NCBI GenBank assembly: GCA_947623925.1
Contig: CANQID010000001.1
Location: 130,684 to 194,683, forward strand
Length of the DNA: 64,000 nucleotides
Origin: an uncultured Bacilli bacterium
GTDB taxonomy: Bacteria > Bacillota_I > Bacilli_A > RF39 > UBA660
Direction of reading: 5' to 3'
Shown: positions 37,136-47,602 of the stretch, one piece after another
Position numbering within the stretch: the stretch's first letter is position 1
How the letters are laid out: every line of letters begins with the position of its first letter
Made by a program: the position numbers and the translations under genes
The notes under the pieces: model-generated
Seen by the model: the letters and a program-made list of their open reading frames with translations, nothing else
Databases searched by the model: none
Told to the model about the DNA's origin: nothing

Positions 37136-38443
37136 CTATGGATTTAACCTAGTTGGTCCTCTATATATTAAAGTGGCCTCTCTAATATTATCTATTTCAA
37201 ATATTTGCATAAGTATTCTTCCCATACCTACACCAAAACCACCATGTGGAGGACAACCATATTTAAAGAAATCTAAATAAAATTGTAATAAATTTGCATC
37301 GATTCCTTTTTCAATTATTTGTTTTTTAAGTATATCATATCTATGTTCTCTTTGCGCTCCACTTGTTATTTCTATACCTTTAAATAGTAAGTCATAAGTT
37401 TGTGTTACACCATTATCATCTTTCATTACATAAAATGACCTTGCACTATAAGGAAAATTAGTTATAAACACAAAATCACTATTATATTTTTCTTTAGCAT
37501 ATTTGCATATTAATTCTTCTTCTTTTCTTTCAAAGTCGTCTTCTCTTTCTGATGTAAAATTATATTTTTCTTTTATTATCTTTTTAGCATCTTCAAATTT
37601 TATTCTTGGAAAATCTGTATCTACATTTGATACTTCAACATTAAATATTTTTTTAATTTCTTCTCCATATTTTTCTTTTAATTTAGACATAAAATATTTA
37701 ATCCATTTTTCTTCTTCATTCATTACATCATCTACTGAATTAATCCATGATATTTCAACATCAATCATTTCTATTTCAGTTGCATGATAACTAGTATGAG
37801 AATTTTCTGCTCTAAAAACAGGTCCTATTTCAAACACTTTATCAAATCCAGAAGACATAGTCATTTGTTTATAAAATTGTGGTGATTGAGATAAACAAGC
37901 AGTTTGTCCAAAATAATCTAGTTTAAACATTTCAGCACCGCTTTCAGCACTACTTGCGCTTATTTTTGGAGTATGTATTTCTGTATAATCATTATTATAA
38001 AAATATTCTCTCATCATTTGTTCAATATATGATTGACACTTAAATAATAATTGATTTTCTACTCTTCTTAAATCCAAATATCTATAATCTAATCTTGTCT
38101 CTCTTAATGTATTATCTTTATTTTTAATATCTATTGGAAGTTCACCTAAAGATGTACTTGTTACTTCTATTTTAGAAGGTATTATTTCAATTCCATTTAG
38201 TTTGACTTTTTCATTTTTCATAACTTTTCCACTAACTTTTAAAGTACTTTCAAGTGGTAAATTTTCTATAATTTGTATTAAAGATTTATTTTCTTCTATT
38301 TCTTTTTCAATAGTTATTTGTACTTTATCAAATTTATCTCTTAAAATAACAAATGCAACATATTGTAAATTTCTTATATTATCTACAAATCCTTGTACTA
38401 CTACTTCCGTATTGTCATAATTAACTAAATCTTTTATTTTCAT
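37136..38443 (-). CDS. aspS: aspartate--tRNA ligase, archaeal/type-2 (possibly non-discriminating)
   Basis: class IIb motifs FEIGPVFRAE, PPHGGFGVGMGRILM, ~435 aa; follows hisS as in the Bacillus hisS-aspS operon; AsnRS not fully excluded. Confidence 0.7.
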   Translation of the reverse strand: MKIKDLVNYDNTEVVVQGFVDNIRNLQYVAFVILRDKFDKVQITIEKEIEENKSLIQIIENLPLESTLKVSGKVMKNEKVKLNGIEIIPSKIEVTSTSLGELPIDIKNKDNTLRETRLDYRYLDLRRVENQLLFKCQSYIEQMMREYFYNNDYTEIHTPKISASSAESGAEMFKLDYFGQTACLSQSPQFYKQMTMSSGFDKVFEIGPVFRAENSHTSYHATEIEMIDVEISWINSVDDVMNEEEKWIKYFMSKLKEKYGEEIKKIFNVEVSNVDTDFPRIKFEDAKKIIKEKYNFTSEREDDFERKEEELICKYAKEKYNSDFVFITNFPYSARSFYVMKDDNGVTQTYDLLFKGIEITSGAQREHRYDILKKQIIEKGIDANLLQFYLDFFKYGCPPHGGFGVGMGRILMQIFEIDNIREATLIYRGPTRLNP

Positions 38444-39711
38444 TCCTTAAACTCCTTATCTAAGTAATCTATTATATCATCAAAATTTAATTTTTTTTCA
38501 GTTTTTGTTTCATTATTTTTTATTGTAATAGTATTTGTTTTAAGTTCATCTTCTCCAATTATTATTATGTATTTAGCATTTAATCTATCTGCTTGTTTAA
38601 AATTAGATTTAATGTTTCTACTTAAATAATCGATATCTGCGCTGAAACCATTCATTCTAATATTATTAAGTAATTTCATTGAGATTTCTTTTTCATTATT
38701 ACCCATAGGTATAATATATACATCAACTGATTTTTTATCTATTAAATTTATATTTTCAAATTCAAGAGCAGTAAGTAGTCTTTCGAGTCCAAGTGCGAAA
38801 CCTACTCCCTCTACTTTAGGACCACCTATAGTTTCTACAAGATTATTATATCTACCACCTGCACACAAAACATTTTGGCTACCAAATCCTTCTACGGATG
38901 CTTCAACTTCAAATACAGTATTAGTATAATAATCAAGACCTCTTACTATTTTTGGATTTACAACATATTCAATGTCTAATTGTTTTAAATATTTTTGAAC
39001 ACTTTCAAAATGTGTTTTACTTTCCTCATTTAAGTAATCTAAAATATTTGGAACATTTTTTAAAATCTCACTATCTTTATCTACTTTACAATCTAAAATT
39101 CTAAGTGGATTTTTTAAAAATCTATTTTGGCAATCTTCACAAAGATCAGATATATGTGGTTTTAAATATTTAATTAATGCTTCTTTATATTTTAATCTTG
39201 ATTCAGTATCACCTAAACTATTAATATTAACTTTTATTCCTTTTAAACCTAATAATTTATAAAAATTAACTGGAATACTAATTATTTCTGCATCTAATGC
39301 AGGATCATTACTTCCAAATGCTTCTACACCAAATTGATAAAATTCTCTATATCTACCTGATTGTGGTCTTTCATATCTATACATTGGACCATAATACCAA
39401 GTTTTTACAGGTAGATCGTTTCTAGCATACATTTTATTTTCAATAAAACTTCTAACAATTCCTGCAGTTCCTTCTGGTCTTAATGTTATATTTCTATTTC
39501 CTCTATCTATAAAGTCATATGTTTCTTTAGAAACTATATCAGAAGTTTCCCCAACTCCTCTATGAAATAATTCACTTGCTTCAAATAAAGGTGTTCTTAA
39601 ATATTCATAATTATATTTTTCCATTAATACTTTAAGTAAATCTTCAATATATAATATTTTTCTTCCCATTTCATCATATACATCATATGTTCCTTTTTGT
39701 TTTTGTATCAT
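38440..39711 (-). CDS. hisS: histidine--tRNA ligase
   Basis: class IIa motifs LRPEGTAGIVR, YYGPMYRYERPQ.GRYREF.Q.G.E, GGRYNNL. Confidence 0.95.
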   Translation of the reverse strand: MIQKQKGTYDVYDEMGRKILYIEDLLKVLMEKYNYEYLRTPLFEASELFHRGVGETSDIVSKETYDFIDRGNRNITLRPEGTAGIVRSFIENKMYARNDLPVKTWYYGPMYRYERPQSGRYREFYQFGVEAFGSNDPALDAEIISIPVNFYKLLGLKGIKVNINSLGDTESRLKYKEALIKYLKPHISDLCEDCQNRFLKNPLRILDCKVDKDSEILKNVPNILDYLNEESKTHFESVQKYLKQLDIEYVVNPKIVRGLDYYTNTVFEVEASVEGFGSQNVLCAGGRYNNLVETIGGPKVEGVGFALGLERLLTALEFENINLIDKKSVDVYIIPMGNNEKEISMKLLNNIRMNGFSADIDYLSRNIKSNFKQADRLNAKYIIIIGEDELKTNTITIKNNETKTEKKLNFDDIIDYLDKEFKE

Positions 39712-39721
39712 GTTATCCCTC

Positions 39722-39905
39722 CTAACAAAAAAAGTCCTTAAAAATAAGGACGGAAAAACCGCGGTGCCACCTTAATTCATATTATATATAACATATATAA
39801 CATGCGCTTAAATTCTTAACGCGAATGAACGATTTATCTATAATTTTTAATGTCTCTTATTATACTTGTATAAATGTTTACACCAAATACATTCTCTCTT
39901 TAATA
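39722..39905 (-). promoter_or_regulatory. T-box riboswitch leader of hisS-aspS
   Basis: minus strand AAGGTGGCACCGCGG (T-box core) overlapping terminator GTCCTTATTTTTAAGGAC+TTTTTTT; upstream AAGAGAGA (GA/AG-box-like) and stem I-like hairpins. Confidence 0.85.
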
Positions 39906-39981
39906 CTACATATAATAACTTGTTAAAAAGATAATTCATAAATAAATTATATATTTTTTTTATCTTTTAGTCAATAATTTA

Positions 39982-40818
39982 CTATTTATTAGTCATATTT
40001 TTATATGAAATATTAACATTATTTAAAAGCATGGCAACTGTCATTGGTCCAACTCCTCCCGGAACTGGTGTAATTAAAGAGGCTTTCTTTTTTACATTTT
40101 CGTAATCAACATCTCCATATATTTTTCCATCTACTCTATTTATTCCAACATCGATTACTACACTTCCATCTTTAACCATATCTTCTGTTATTAGATGTTT
40201 ACACCCAGCAGCAACAACTAATATATCTGCATTTTTAGTAAATTCCTTTAAATTTTTTGTTTTTGAATGACATATTGTAACAGTTGCATCATTATTTAAA
40301 AATAAACTCATAAGTGGTTTTCCTACTAATTTACTTCTTCCAACTATTACAACATTTTTACCACTTATTTCAACATTTGATTCTTGTAATAATTTAATTA
40401 TTCCTTGTGGTGTACATGATACAAAGCATTTTTTATTATTAATAAGTTTACCAACATTTATATCAGTTAAACCATCTACATCTTTATTTCTAGCAATATA
40501 ATTTATTAATTTTTCTTCATTAAATTTATCTGGTATTGGTAATTGTAATAATATACCATGAACATACTCATCATTATTAAGTTCAATTATTTTATTTATT
40601 ATTTCTATTTCTCTTGTTGTTTCATCAAATTTAATATGTTTTAAATATATACCAACTTCATTACATGCTTTTTCTTTTGAATTAACATATATATTGCTTG
40701 CTTCATCATCACCAATTTGTATTACAGCTAAACATGGTTTTATCATATAATTTTTAACATCTGCTTTAATTTCTTCTCTTATTTTTGAACTTATTAATTT
40801 ACCGTCTATATTACTCAT
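39982..40818 (-). CDS. folD: bifunctional methylenetetrahydrofolate dehydrogenase/cyclohydrolase
   Basis: YV.SK.KAC, QLPLP-like [25 protein letters not shown]. Confidence 0.95.
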   Translation of the reverse strand: MSNIDGKLISSKIREEIKADVKNYMIKPCLAVIQIGDDEASNIYVNSKEKACNEVGIYLKHIKFDETTREIEIINKIIELNNDEYVHGILLQLPIPDKFNEEKLINYIARNKDVDGLTDINVGKLINNKKCFVSCTPQGIIKLLQESNVEISGKNVVIVGRSKLVGKPLMSLFLNNDATVTICHSKTKNLKEFTKNADILVVAAGCKHLITEDMVKDGSVVIDVGINRVDGKIYGDVDYENVKKKASLITPVPGGVGPMTVAMLLNNVNISYKNMTNK

Positions 40819-42046
40819 TATATCCCTCTATTTCTAATGGAAATTTTTTAACTAAATTTGATACTTGTTCTTTTAGTTCATTTAATTTTTTTTCATCGTC
40901 TTTGTTTTTTAAAGCTTCGACTATTATATATCCAATTTCTTTAAATTCTTCTTCTTTCATACCTCTTGTTGTCATAGCTGGGCTTCCTATTCTAATACCA
41001 CTTGTTGTAGATGGTGGTAAAGTGTCATATGGAATTGTATTTTTATTTACTGTTATATTGATGCTATCTAATATTTGTTCTGCTTCTAATCCTGTTAATC
41101 CAATAGATTTTACATCAGCAAGTATTAAATGATTATCTGTACCATTTGATATTATTCTTATTCCGTTTTTTATTAAAACATCACATAATGCTTTGATATT
41201 TTTCAAAACTTGTTCTTGATATTTTATAAATGAAGGTTGTAGTGCTTCATAGAAACATTGTGCTTTAGCAGCAATCACATGCATAAGTGGTCCACCTTGT
41301 ATACCCGGAAAAACCGTTTTATTTATTTTTTTAATTATTTCTTCATTATTAGTAAGAATTATTCCACCTCTTGGGCCTCTTAATGTTTTATGAGTCGTAG
41401 AAGTTACAACATCTGCATAATATATTGGATTTTCATGTAAATCAGCAGCAACTAATCCAGCAATATGAGCCATATCAACCATTAAAATAGCGCCACATTT
41501 ATCACATATTTCCCTAAATCTTTTAAAATCAATTTTTCTTGAATAAGCACTTGCTCCTGCTATTATCATTTTGGGCTTTTCTTCTAATGCTTTTTTTTCT
41601 AAATTATCATAATCTATTAGTTCCGTACTTTTATCAACTTCATATGATATTATTTCATAATCAAGTCCACTAAAATTAATACTATGACCATGAGTTAAGT
41701 GTCCACCATGACTTAAATTCATGCCCATTACTTTATCTCCATGTTTTAATAATGCTCTATAAACCGCCATATTGGCAGAACTTCCACTATGTGGTTGTAC
41801 ATTTGCATATTTACAATTGAATAATAAACACGCATATTTTATAGCTAAATTTTCAATATCGTCTATGTATTTACAACCGCCATAGTATCTTTTTTTTGGA
41901 TATCCTTCTGCGTATTTGTTTGTTAAAATGCTTCCTTGAAGTTTTAATATATCATTTGATACGAAATTTTCAGATGCAATTAATTCAATATTATTATTTT
42001 GTCTATTATACTCATTCATAAGAGCCTCTTTAATGCTTTTATCCAT
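40811..42046 (-). CDS. glyA: serine hydroxymethyltransferase
   Basis: [33 protein letters not shown] (PLP lysine motif). Confidence 0.97.
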   Translation of the reverse strand: MDKSIKEALMNEYNRQNNNIELIASENFVSNDILKLQGSILTNKYAEGYPKKRYYGGCKYIDDIENLAIKYACLLFNCKYANVQPHSGSSANMAVYRALLKHGDKVMGMNLSHGGHLTHGHSINFSGLDYEIISYEVDKSTELIDYDNLEKKALEEKPKMIIAGASAYSRKIDFKRFREICDKCGAILMVDMAHIAGLVAADLHENPIYYADVVTSTTHKTLRGPRGGIILTNNEEIIKKINKTVFPGIQGGPLMHVIAAKAQCFYEALQPSFIKYQEQVLKNIKALCDVLIKNGIRIISNGTDNHLILADVKSIGLTGLEAEQILDSINITVNKNTIPYDTLPPSTTSGIRIGSPAMTTRGMKEEEFKEIGYIIVEALKNKDDEKKLNELKEQVSNLVKKFPLEIEGYNE

Positions 42047-42084
42047 AGTATATCACCAATATAATTATACTATAAAAAGTAAAG

Positions 42085-42111
42085 AAAAAAACACAATAAT
42101 CGTGTTTTTTT
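42085..42111 (-). terminator. terminator after the LCP gene
   Basis: aaaaaacac-loop-gtgtttttt hairpin; short GC core. Confidence 0.45.
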
Positions 42112-42142
42112 ACAATACTATACACTAATTTGTTCATTTTTA

Positions 42143-43972
42143 TCATGATCTTCCCATACATTCACCATCTACCATAGTGCAAGAACTAGTATCTGTACTG
42201 TTAGAAGAGTCAATCTCTTCATTACTATCTTTTTTCTCTTCTACTTCATCTACTTTTTCTTCTTTATTATCATCAGATAATGTTGTACTTGAACTATTGG
42301 TAGAATCAGTATTAGAATTAGCGCTAGTGCCTGAATCTTTAGTTGCTGTATTTAAACTATCAGAAGTTTTTTCAGTTGTTGTACTAGAACTACTACTTGA
42401 AGTAGTAGATTTACTAGTTGAAGTACTTGTACTAGAGTTAGTTGAAGTACTAGTTTTCTTTGTTACACTATTAGTTGTATTAGATTCAGTATATGATGAA
42501 TCTAATTTTTCACCATTAAATACAGATGATATCTTTTCTTGTGCATTTTTAATTGTAGACTCAGTTGGTATCATTACATATAATTTTTGATTTCTATATG
42601 AATATGTATACTCACTTCCATTTGTACCATCAAGCGCAATACTAGTAACATTCCATTTTGCCATATCATCTAATTGCATCTTGATTAAACCTGTAATTTT
42701 ATCTTGTTCCATATTTGTAACAAATGTATTTTCTAATGAATCTAATATGCTTATGTAATTAGTTATTATTGCTTTTGAACAAACTTTATCTATAAGAGCG
42801 GCAATTACTGCTTCTTGATTTTTTCCTCTTGCTCTATCTCCTCCTGCTAAAGTTTTTCTTGTTCTTGCAAATTCTAATGCTTGTTCTCCATTTACTTTAT
42901 TGTATCCTTTTTTAAATGAATAATTTTCACCAGAGAAAGCATACTCTGAATATACATTTATTCCTCCAACTGCATCAACTATTTTTATAAGAGAAGTAAA
43001 ATTAACTTTAACATAATAATTTATTTTTATATCTAATAAATCTTCAATCGTTTTTAAAGATTTATCAACTCCATATATTCCTGCATGAGTTAATTTATCT
43101 TTATATCCTGTAGTTCCATTTAATTGTACATAATAATCTCTTGGTATCGTAGTTAATAAAACTTGTTTTGTTTTAGGATTAACTGTCGCAACTATATTAA
43201 CATCACTTCTTGAAATTGAAGAAATTTTGCCATATGTATCAATACCTGAAATATATATGTTAAATGGTTGTTCTAAAACATTTACTTCCTCACCAATCTC
43301 CTCTTCTTCAACTTCCAATTTAATTTCAAAAGTATATATTATTTTAGTTTTATCATTAAATGTTTTATATATACTTTCACTGCCTTCTTCGTTTGAAGAT
43401 TCTATAAGTAAATCTTTATATGAAGATTCGATTATAATCGCATCTGTTTTATTATCATATAAATTGTTAAGCATTACTTCATAATCATCTTCAACTTTAG
43501 TTTTAAATTGTATTTTTTCTTCTAGTTTTTTTAAAGCTTCATCTGTATTATACATATCTGTTTTTACATATGAAATATTTTTATCTTTTATATCTTCAAT
43601 CTTTTCATAGTTAGAATCTTTATTTACAACAACTATATAATTTTCAGTTTTATAATTTTTAGAAGTTATAGTATTTAAAAATCCAGAAGTTTTATTAAGA
43701 TATATAAACATTACTAAAAATATTACAGAAAATATTGTCGAAAAAACACATAATGTTATTCTTGCTTTTTTTCTTTTCTTTTTTAATTTAAAATTAAAAA
43801 ATATAATTACTCCTGATATTAAAAACAAAATAAAGAATAAAATCAAAAATTTCATTGGAAAAACATTTATTTTTATAACTGAATAAATATTTAATATTGT
43901 TAAAATTGCAAGTACTACTGATATAATTATTGAATAAGTATTTAATTTACTTAATTTTCTCTTTTTTTTCAT
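42143..43972 (-). CDS. LytR-CpsA-Psr (LCP) family protein with Ser/Thr-rich C-terminal tail
   Basis: N-terminal TMs, LCP core (FNIYISGIDT, SRSDVNIVATVNP, IPRD.YV, ALEFARTRK), then ~100 aa of S/T low-complexity ending in a Cys-containing tip. Confidence 0.85.
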   Translation of the reverse strand: MKKKRKLSKLNTYSIIISVVLAILTILNIYSVIKINVFPMKFLILFFILFLISGVIIFFNFKLKKKRKKARITLCVFSTIFSVIFLVMFIYLNKTSGFLNTITSKNYKTENYIVVVNKDSNYEKIEDIKDKNISYVKTDMYNTDEALKKLEEKIQFKTKVEDDYEVMLNNLYDNKTDAIIIESSYKDLLIESSNEEGSESIYKTFNDKTKIIYTFEIKLEVEEEEIGEEVNVLEQPFNIYISGIDTYGKISSISRSDVNIVATVNPKTKQVLLTTIPRDYYVQLNGTTGYKDKLTHAGIYGVDKSLKTIEDLLDIKINYYVKVNFTSLIKIVDAVGGINVYSEYAFSGENYSFKKGYNKVNGEQALEFARTRKTLAGGDRARGKNQEAVIAALIDKVCSKAIITNYISILDSLENTFVTNMEQDKITGLIKMQLDDMAKWNVTSIALDGTNGSEYTYSYRNQKLYVMIPTESTIKNAQEKISSVFNGEKLDSSYTESNTTNSVTKKTSTSTNSSTSTSTSKSTTSSSSSSTTTEKTSDSLNTATKDSGTSANSNTDSTNSSSTTLSDDNKEEKVDEVEEKKDSNEEIDSSNSTDTSSCTMVDGECMGRS

Positions 43973-44081
43973 TTTACCACCTCATTCATTATACTACGTA
44001 TTAAAAAAATATTAAATATTTTTTAATAAATTATAAGTACACTATACACAATTTATGTACACTAACAATCCATATTAACCG

Positions 44082-44110
44082 TTGATATTTAAAAACATAT
44101 AATGTATAAT
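44082..44110 (+). promoter_or_regulatory. promoter of the glmS leader
   Basis: TTGATA - 17 nt - TATAAT. Confidence 0.7.
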
Positions 44111-44144
44111 GAAATTAAAGATTATGATATTTTAAGGAGGATAG

Positions 44145-44295
44145 TTTTAAATTCATGATTTAGCGCCAGGTCTAAATAGATGACGAGGATAACAGTTATC
44201 GAAAATTCGGCGGATACTGTTACGGTTGAATATGATCGTTAGATATATAACAAAAAGTAAAATCAAAATTACTACAAAATATATATCACATATTA
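44145..44295 (+). promoter_or_regulatory. glmS ribozyme (GlcN6P-dependent self-cleaving riboswitch)
   Basis: core AGCGCCAGG...GACGAGGAT...GTTATCGAAAATTCGGCGGATAC matches the conserved glmS ribozyme core; directly upstream of glmS. Confidence 0.9.
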
Positions 44296-44310
44296 TAAAG
44301 GAGAAATTTT

Positions 44311-46119
44311 ATGTGTGGTATTGTTGGTTATATTGGAAAAAAATATAACGCTTTAAATGTCCTTATTGAAGGACTTGAACGCCTTGAATATAGAGGATAT
44401 GATTCGGCTGGTATAGCCTATATTGATAATAATAAATTAAATATAATTAAAGAAAAAGGAAAAATAAAAAATTTAAAGTCAAAAATAAATTTTGATATAA
44501 AATCAAATTTAGGAATTGGGCATACAAGATGGGCAACTCATGGTATTGCGAACAAAGAAAATAGTCATCCACATAAAGTAGGAAAAATAACTATTGTACA
44601 TAATGGTATAATAGAAAATTATGAGCAATTAAAAGAAAATCTAAAAAACAGTGTAAATTTTAAATCTGAAACAGATACAGAAGTTGCGTGTGCATTATTA
44701 AATAAATTATATGAAGAAACGAATAATATGAATGAAACTCTAATAATGTTTCAAAAACAAGTAAAAGGTGCATATGCAATGGGTATAATATGTGATGATG
44801 ATTATAATACAATGTATGCAATTAAAAACAAAAGCCCACTTATTATAGGAACAGGTAAAGATGAAAATTACATTGCATCTGATGTCCCTGCTATACTTAA
44901 ATTCACAAATAAATATATAATATTAGATGATGGTGAATTTGCAAAAATAAATAGTGATGAAATCACTTGTTATAAAGGAAATAATATTATTAAAAAAGAA
45001 GAAAAAATATTTGAAGGAACTGCTGAAGATATAGAAAAAAATGGATATGAACATTTCATGTTAAAAGAAATAAATGAACAACCAGAAGTTTTTAAAAAAA
45101 CTGTTTCTGAATATATTTCAAATGGTATTGATAGTCTAATTGAAAAAATGCCTGATTTTTCAAAATATAAAAATATAAAAATAGTTGCATGTGGAAGTGC
45201 AATGCACGCTGGATGTATTGGTAAAAATTTAATAGAAGAATTTGCAAATATTCCTGTAGATGTTGAAATTGCAAGTGAATTTAGGTATAAAAAACTTTTT
45301 ATTGATAAAGAAACTTTAGTAATTTTAATTTCACAGTCAGGTGAAACTGCAGATACATTAGCAGCACTTGAAATAGCAAAAGAAAAAGGTTGTGACACTT
45401 TAGGTATTATAAATGTATATGGAAGTAGTATTGCTAGAAATTCTGATGTAGTATTATATACAAAAGCAGGAAGTGAAATAGCAGTTGCAACTACTAAAGC
45501 ATATTTTGCTCAAGTAGCATTACTCTCTTTAATAGCTTTAAAAATTGCTAATTCTAATAATTTAGTAAAATCAGATGAATTAAAAGAAATATTGTCAGAA
45601 ATGAGAAATCTACCTATCAAAATTCAAAATTTATTGGATAGAAAAAATGAATTTAAAAATATTGCAGAAAAGATTTATAAAAACAATGACATTTTCTTCA
45701 TAGGAAGAGATGTAGATTATTCACTTTCTATGGAAGGTTCTCTTAAACTTAAAGAAATTTCTTATATTAATAGTCAAGCATATGCAGCAGGAGAATTAAA
45801 ACATGGTACTATTTCACTAATAGAAGATGGGACTCCTGTTATATCAATTGTAACAAAAGAAAGCATTGCAGAAAAAACTATAAGTAATATTAAAGAAGTT
45901 AAATCTAGAGGAGCAAATGTAATTTTAGTTACAACTGAAAAACTAGATAAACAATCTGATTTTTATGATTATAAAATAGTTGTTCCTAATACTCATAAAT
46001 TATTACAACCTTTACTTGCTATTGTGCCTTTACAATTATTATCATACGAAATAGCCAAATTGAGAGATTGTAATATAGATAAACCTAAAAATTTAGCTAA
46101 ATCAGTTACAGTAGAATAA
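44311..46119 (+). CDS. glmS: glutamine--fructose-6-phosphate aminotransferase
   Basis: MCGIVGY N-terminal nucleophile, two SIS domains, C-terminal KSVTVE. Confidence 0.97.
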   Translation: MCGIVGYIGKKYNALNVLIEGLERLEYRGYDSAGIAYIDNNKLNIIKEKGKIKNLKSKINFDIKSNLGIGHTRWATHGIANKENSHPHKVGKITIVHNGIIENYEQLKENLKNSVNFKSETDTEVACALLNKLYEETNNMNETLIMFQKQVKGAYAMGIICDDDYNTMYAIKNKSPLIIGTGKDENYIASDVPAILKFTNKYIILDDGEFAKINSDEITCYKGNNIIKKEEKIFEGTAEDIEKNGYEHFMLKEINEQPEVFKKTVSEYISNGIDSLIEKMPDFSKYKNIKIVACGSAMHAGCIGKNLIEEFANIPVDVEIASEFRYKKLFIDKETLVILISQSGETADTLAALEIAKEKGCDTLGIINVYGSSIARNSDVVLYTKAGSEIAVATTKAYFAQVALLSLIALKIANSNNLVKSDELKEILSEMRNLPIKIQNLLDRKNEFKNIAEKIYKNNDIFFIGRDVDYSLSMEGSLKLKEISYINSQAYAAGELKHGTISLIEDGTPVISIVTKESIAEKTISNIKEVKSRGANVILVTTEKLDKQSDFYDYKIVVPNTHKLLQPLLAIVPLQLLSYEIAKLRDCNIDKPKNLAKSVTVE

Positions 46120-46142
46120 AAAAACAGTGATTACTGTTTTTT
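46118..46142. terminator. bidirectional terminator between glmS and cysS
   Basis: aaaaaaacagt-gatt-actgttttttt. Confidence 0.8.
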
Positions 46143-47541
46143 ATTTTATTTCAAATATTGTACCTTCTTTTGTATCTTTAATTATTATACCTTTTTCTAA
46201 TAATTCATCTCTTATTTTATCAGATAATTCATAATCTTTATTTTCTTTAGCTTTTTTTCTTATTTCTATTTTTTCATTTATATATTTTAATAATTCATCA
46301 TCAATATTAACAATATCTTCTTTTAATAAATCAAGTGATAAAACTTTATCAAAATCTTCTATTAAATATAGTTTAGTAGCGTTATTTATATCAGACTTTA
46401 AAACATCATAAAGTGTTGTTAATGCAAGGGATGTATTTAAATCATTTTCAAGTGAATTCACAAATTTATCTTTATATATTTTTACTTTTTCATAATCTAT
46501 ACTTCCACTTTTGTTTTCCTTTATTGTTTTTATTTTTGATTTTAATTTTTTATATGTATTTACAGAACTATCTAATATATCATATGAAAATAGTAGTTGT
46601 TTTCTATAATGTGACTGTAAACAAAAGAATCTATAAAATATTGGATTATACCCTTTTTCTTCAAGTAGAGAAAGGGTTAAAAATTCTCCTTTACTTTTAC
46701 TCATTTTTCCTGACTCATCATTTAAATGTTCTATATGAAACCAATAGTTACACCATTTATGTCCAAGATAACTTTCAGATTGAGCAATTTCATTTGTATG
46801 ATGTGGAAATATATTATCTACACCTCCACAGTGAATGTCTAAATATTCTCCCAATATAGATATAGAAATTCCACTACATTCTATATGCCATCCAGGGTAC
46901 CCAAGCCCCCAAGGGCTTTCCCATTTTAATTCTTGATCTTCAAATTTAGATTTAGTAAACCATAAAACAAAATCTGATTGATTTTTTTTACCTAAATCCT
47001 CTTCTACTCCTTCTCTAACACCTACTACCATTTCATCTTCTTTATGATTTGTTAATGAATAATAATCTTTTAATTTAGTAACATCAAAATATACATTACC
47101 ATTTGAAATATATGCATAATTTTTTTCTAACAATGTTTTAATTATATTTATATACTTATCAATAAAATCAGTTGCTTTTATAACATATTGTGGCTTTTTA
47201 ATATTTAGTTTTTTACAATCATCAAAAAATGCTTTAGTATACATATCAGCAATTTCCATTACTGTTTTATGTTCTCTTTTAGCGCCTTTAAGCATTTTAT
47301 CTTCACCTGTATCTGAATCACTACTTAAATGACCGACATCAGTTATATTCATACATCTAATAACATCATAACCAATATAATTTAATGCTTTTTCTAAAAC
47401 ATCTTCCATTATATAACTTCTTAAATTGCCTATATGAGCATAATGATATACAGTAGGACCACATGTATACATTTTAACTTCTTTATCATTATTAGGAATA
47501 AATTTTTCTATCTTTCTAGTTAATGTATTGTATAAATTCAT
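46141..47541 (-). CDS. cysS: cysteine--tRNA ligase
   Basis: HIGN (YAHIGNLRSY), zinc ligands CGPTVY/HIEC, KMSKS (GKMSKSKG). Confidence 0.95.
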   Translation of the reverse strand: MNLYNTLTRKIEKFIPNNDKEVKMYTCGPTVYHYAHIGNLRSYIMEDVLEKALNYIGYDVIRCMNITDVGHLSSDSDTGEDKMLKGAKREHKTVMEIADMYTKAFFDDCKKLNIKKPQYVIKATDFIDKYINIIKTLLEKNYAYISNGNVYFDVTKLKDYYSLTNHKEDEMVVGVREGVEEDLGKKNQSDFVLWFTKSKFEDQELKWESPWGLGYPGWHIECSGISISILGEYLDIHCGGVDNIFPHHTNEIAQSESYLGHKWCNYWFHIEHLNDESGKMSKSKGEFLTLSLLEEKGYNPIFYRFFCLQSHYRKQLLFSYDILDSSVNTYKKLKSKIKTIKENKSGSIDYEKVKIYKDKFVNSLENDLNTSLALTTLYDVLKSDINNATKLYLIEDFDKVLSLDLLKEDIVNIDDELLKYINEKIEIRKKAKENKDYELSDKIRDELLEKGIIIKDTKEGTIFEIK

Positions 47542-47575
47542 AATATCAACCTCTAATTAATTATATCATATTATA

Positions 47576-47602
47576 AAGAAAAAAACGCATAATTTGCGTT
47601 TT
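47576..47602 (-). terminator. terminator after the 411-aa gene
   Basis: aaacgca-taatt-tgcgttt followed on minus strand by TTTTTTC. Confidence 0.8.

Noticed and set aside
42177-42590. Plus-strand 137-aa ORF rich in Leu/Val/Glu/Ser
   Set aside because: It is antisense to the Ser/Thr-rich low-complexity tail of the LCP gene, so it is a composition artefact. The same reasoning applies to the other antisense track ORFs: 3683-3901, 4329-4535, 5022-5297, 6999-7196, 7312-7515, 7720-7941, 8847-9098, 11687-11950, 13661-14035, 15967-16152, 23045-23413, 25426-25629, 29848-30171, 31465-31686, 32345-32596, 37503-37787, 38202-38420, 40785-41132, 43227-43484, 44970-45398, 45092-45274, 46413-46859, 47612-47827, 51645-51875, 59024-59239, 61950-62261 and 63485-63772.
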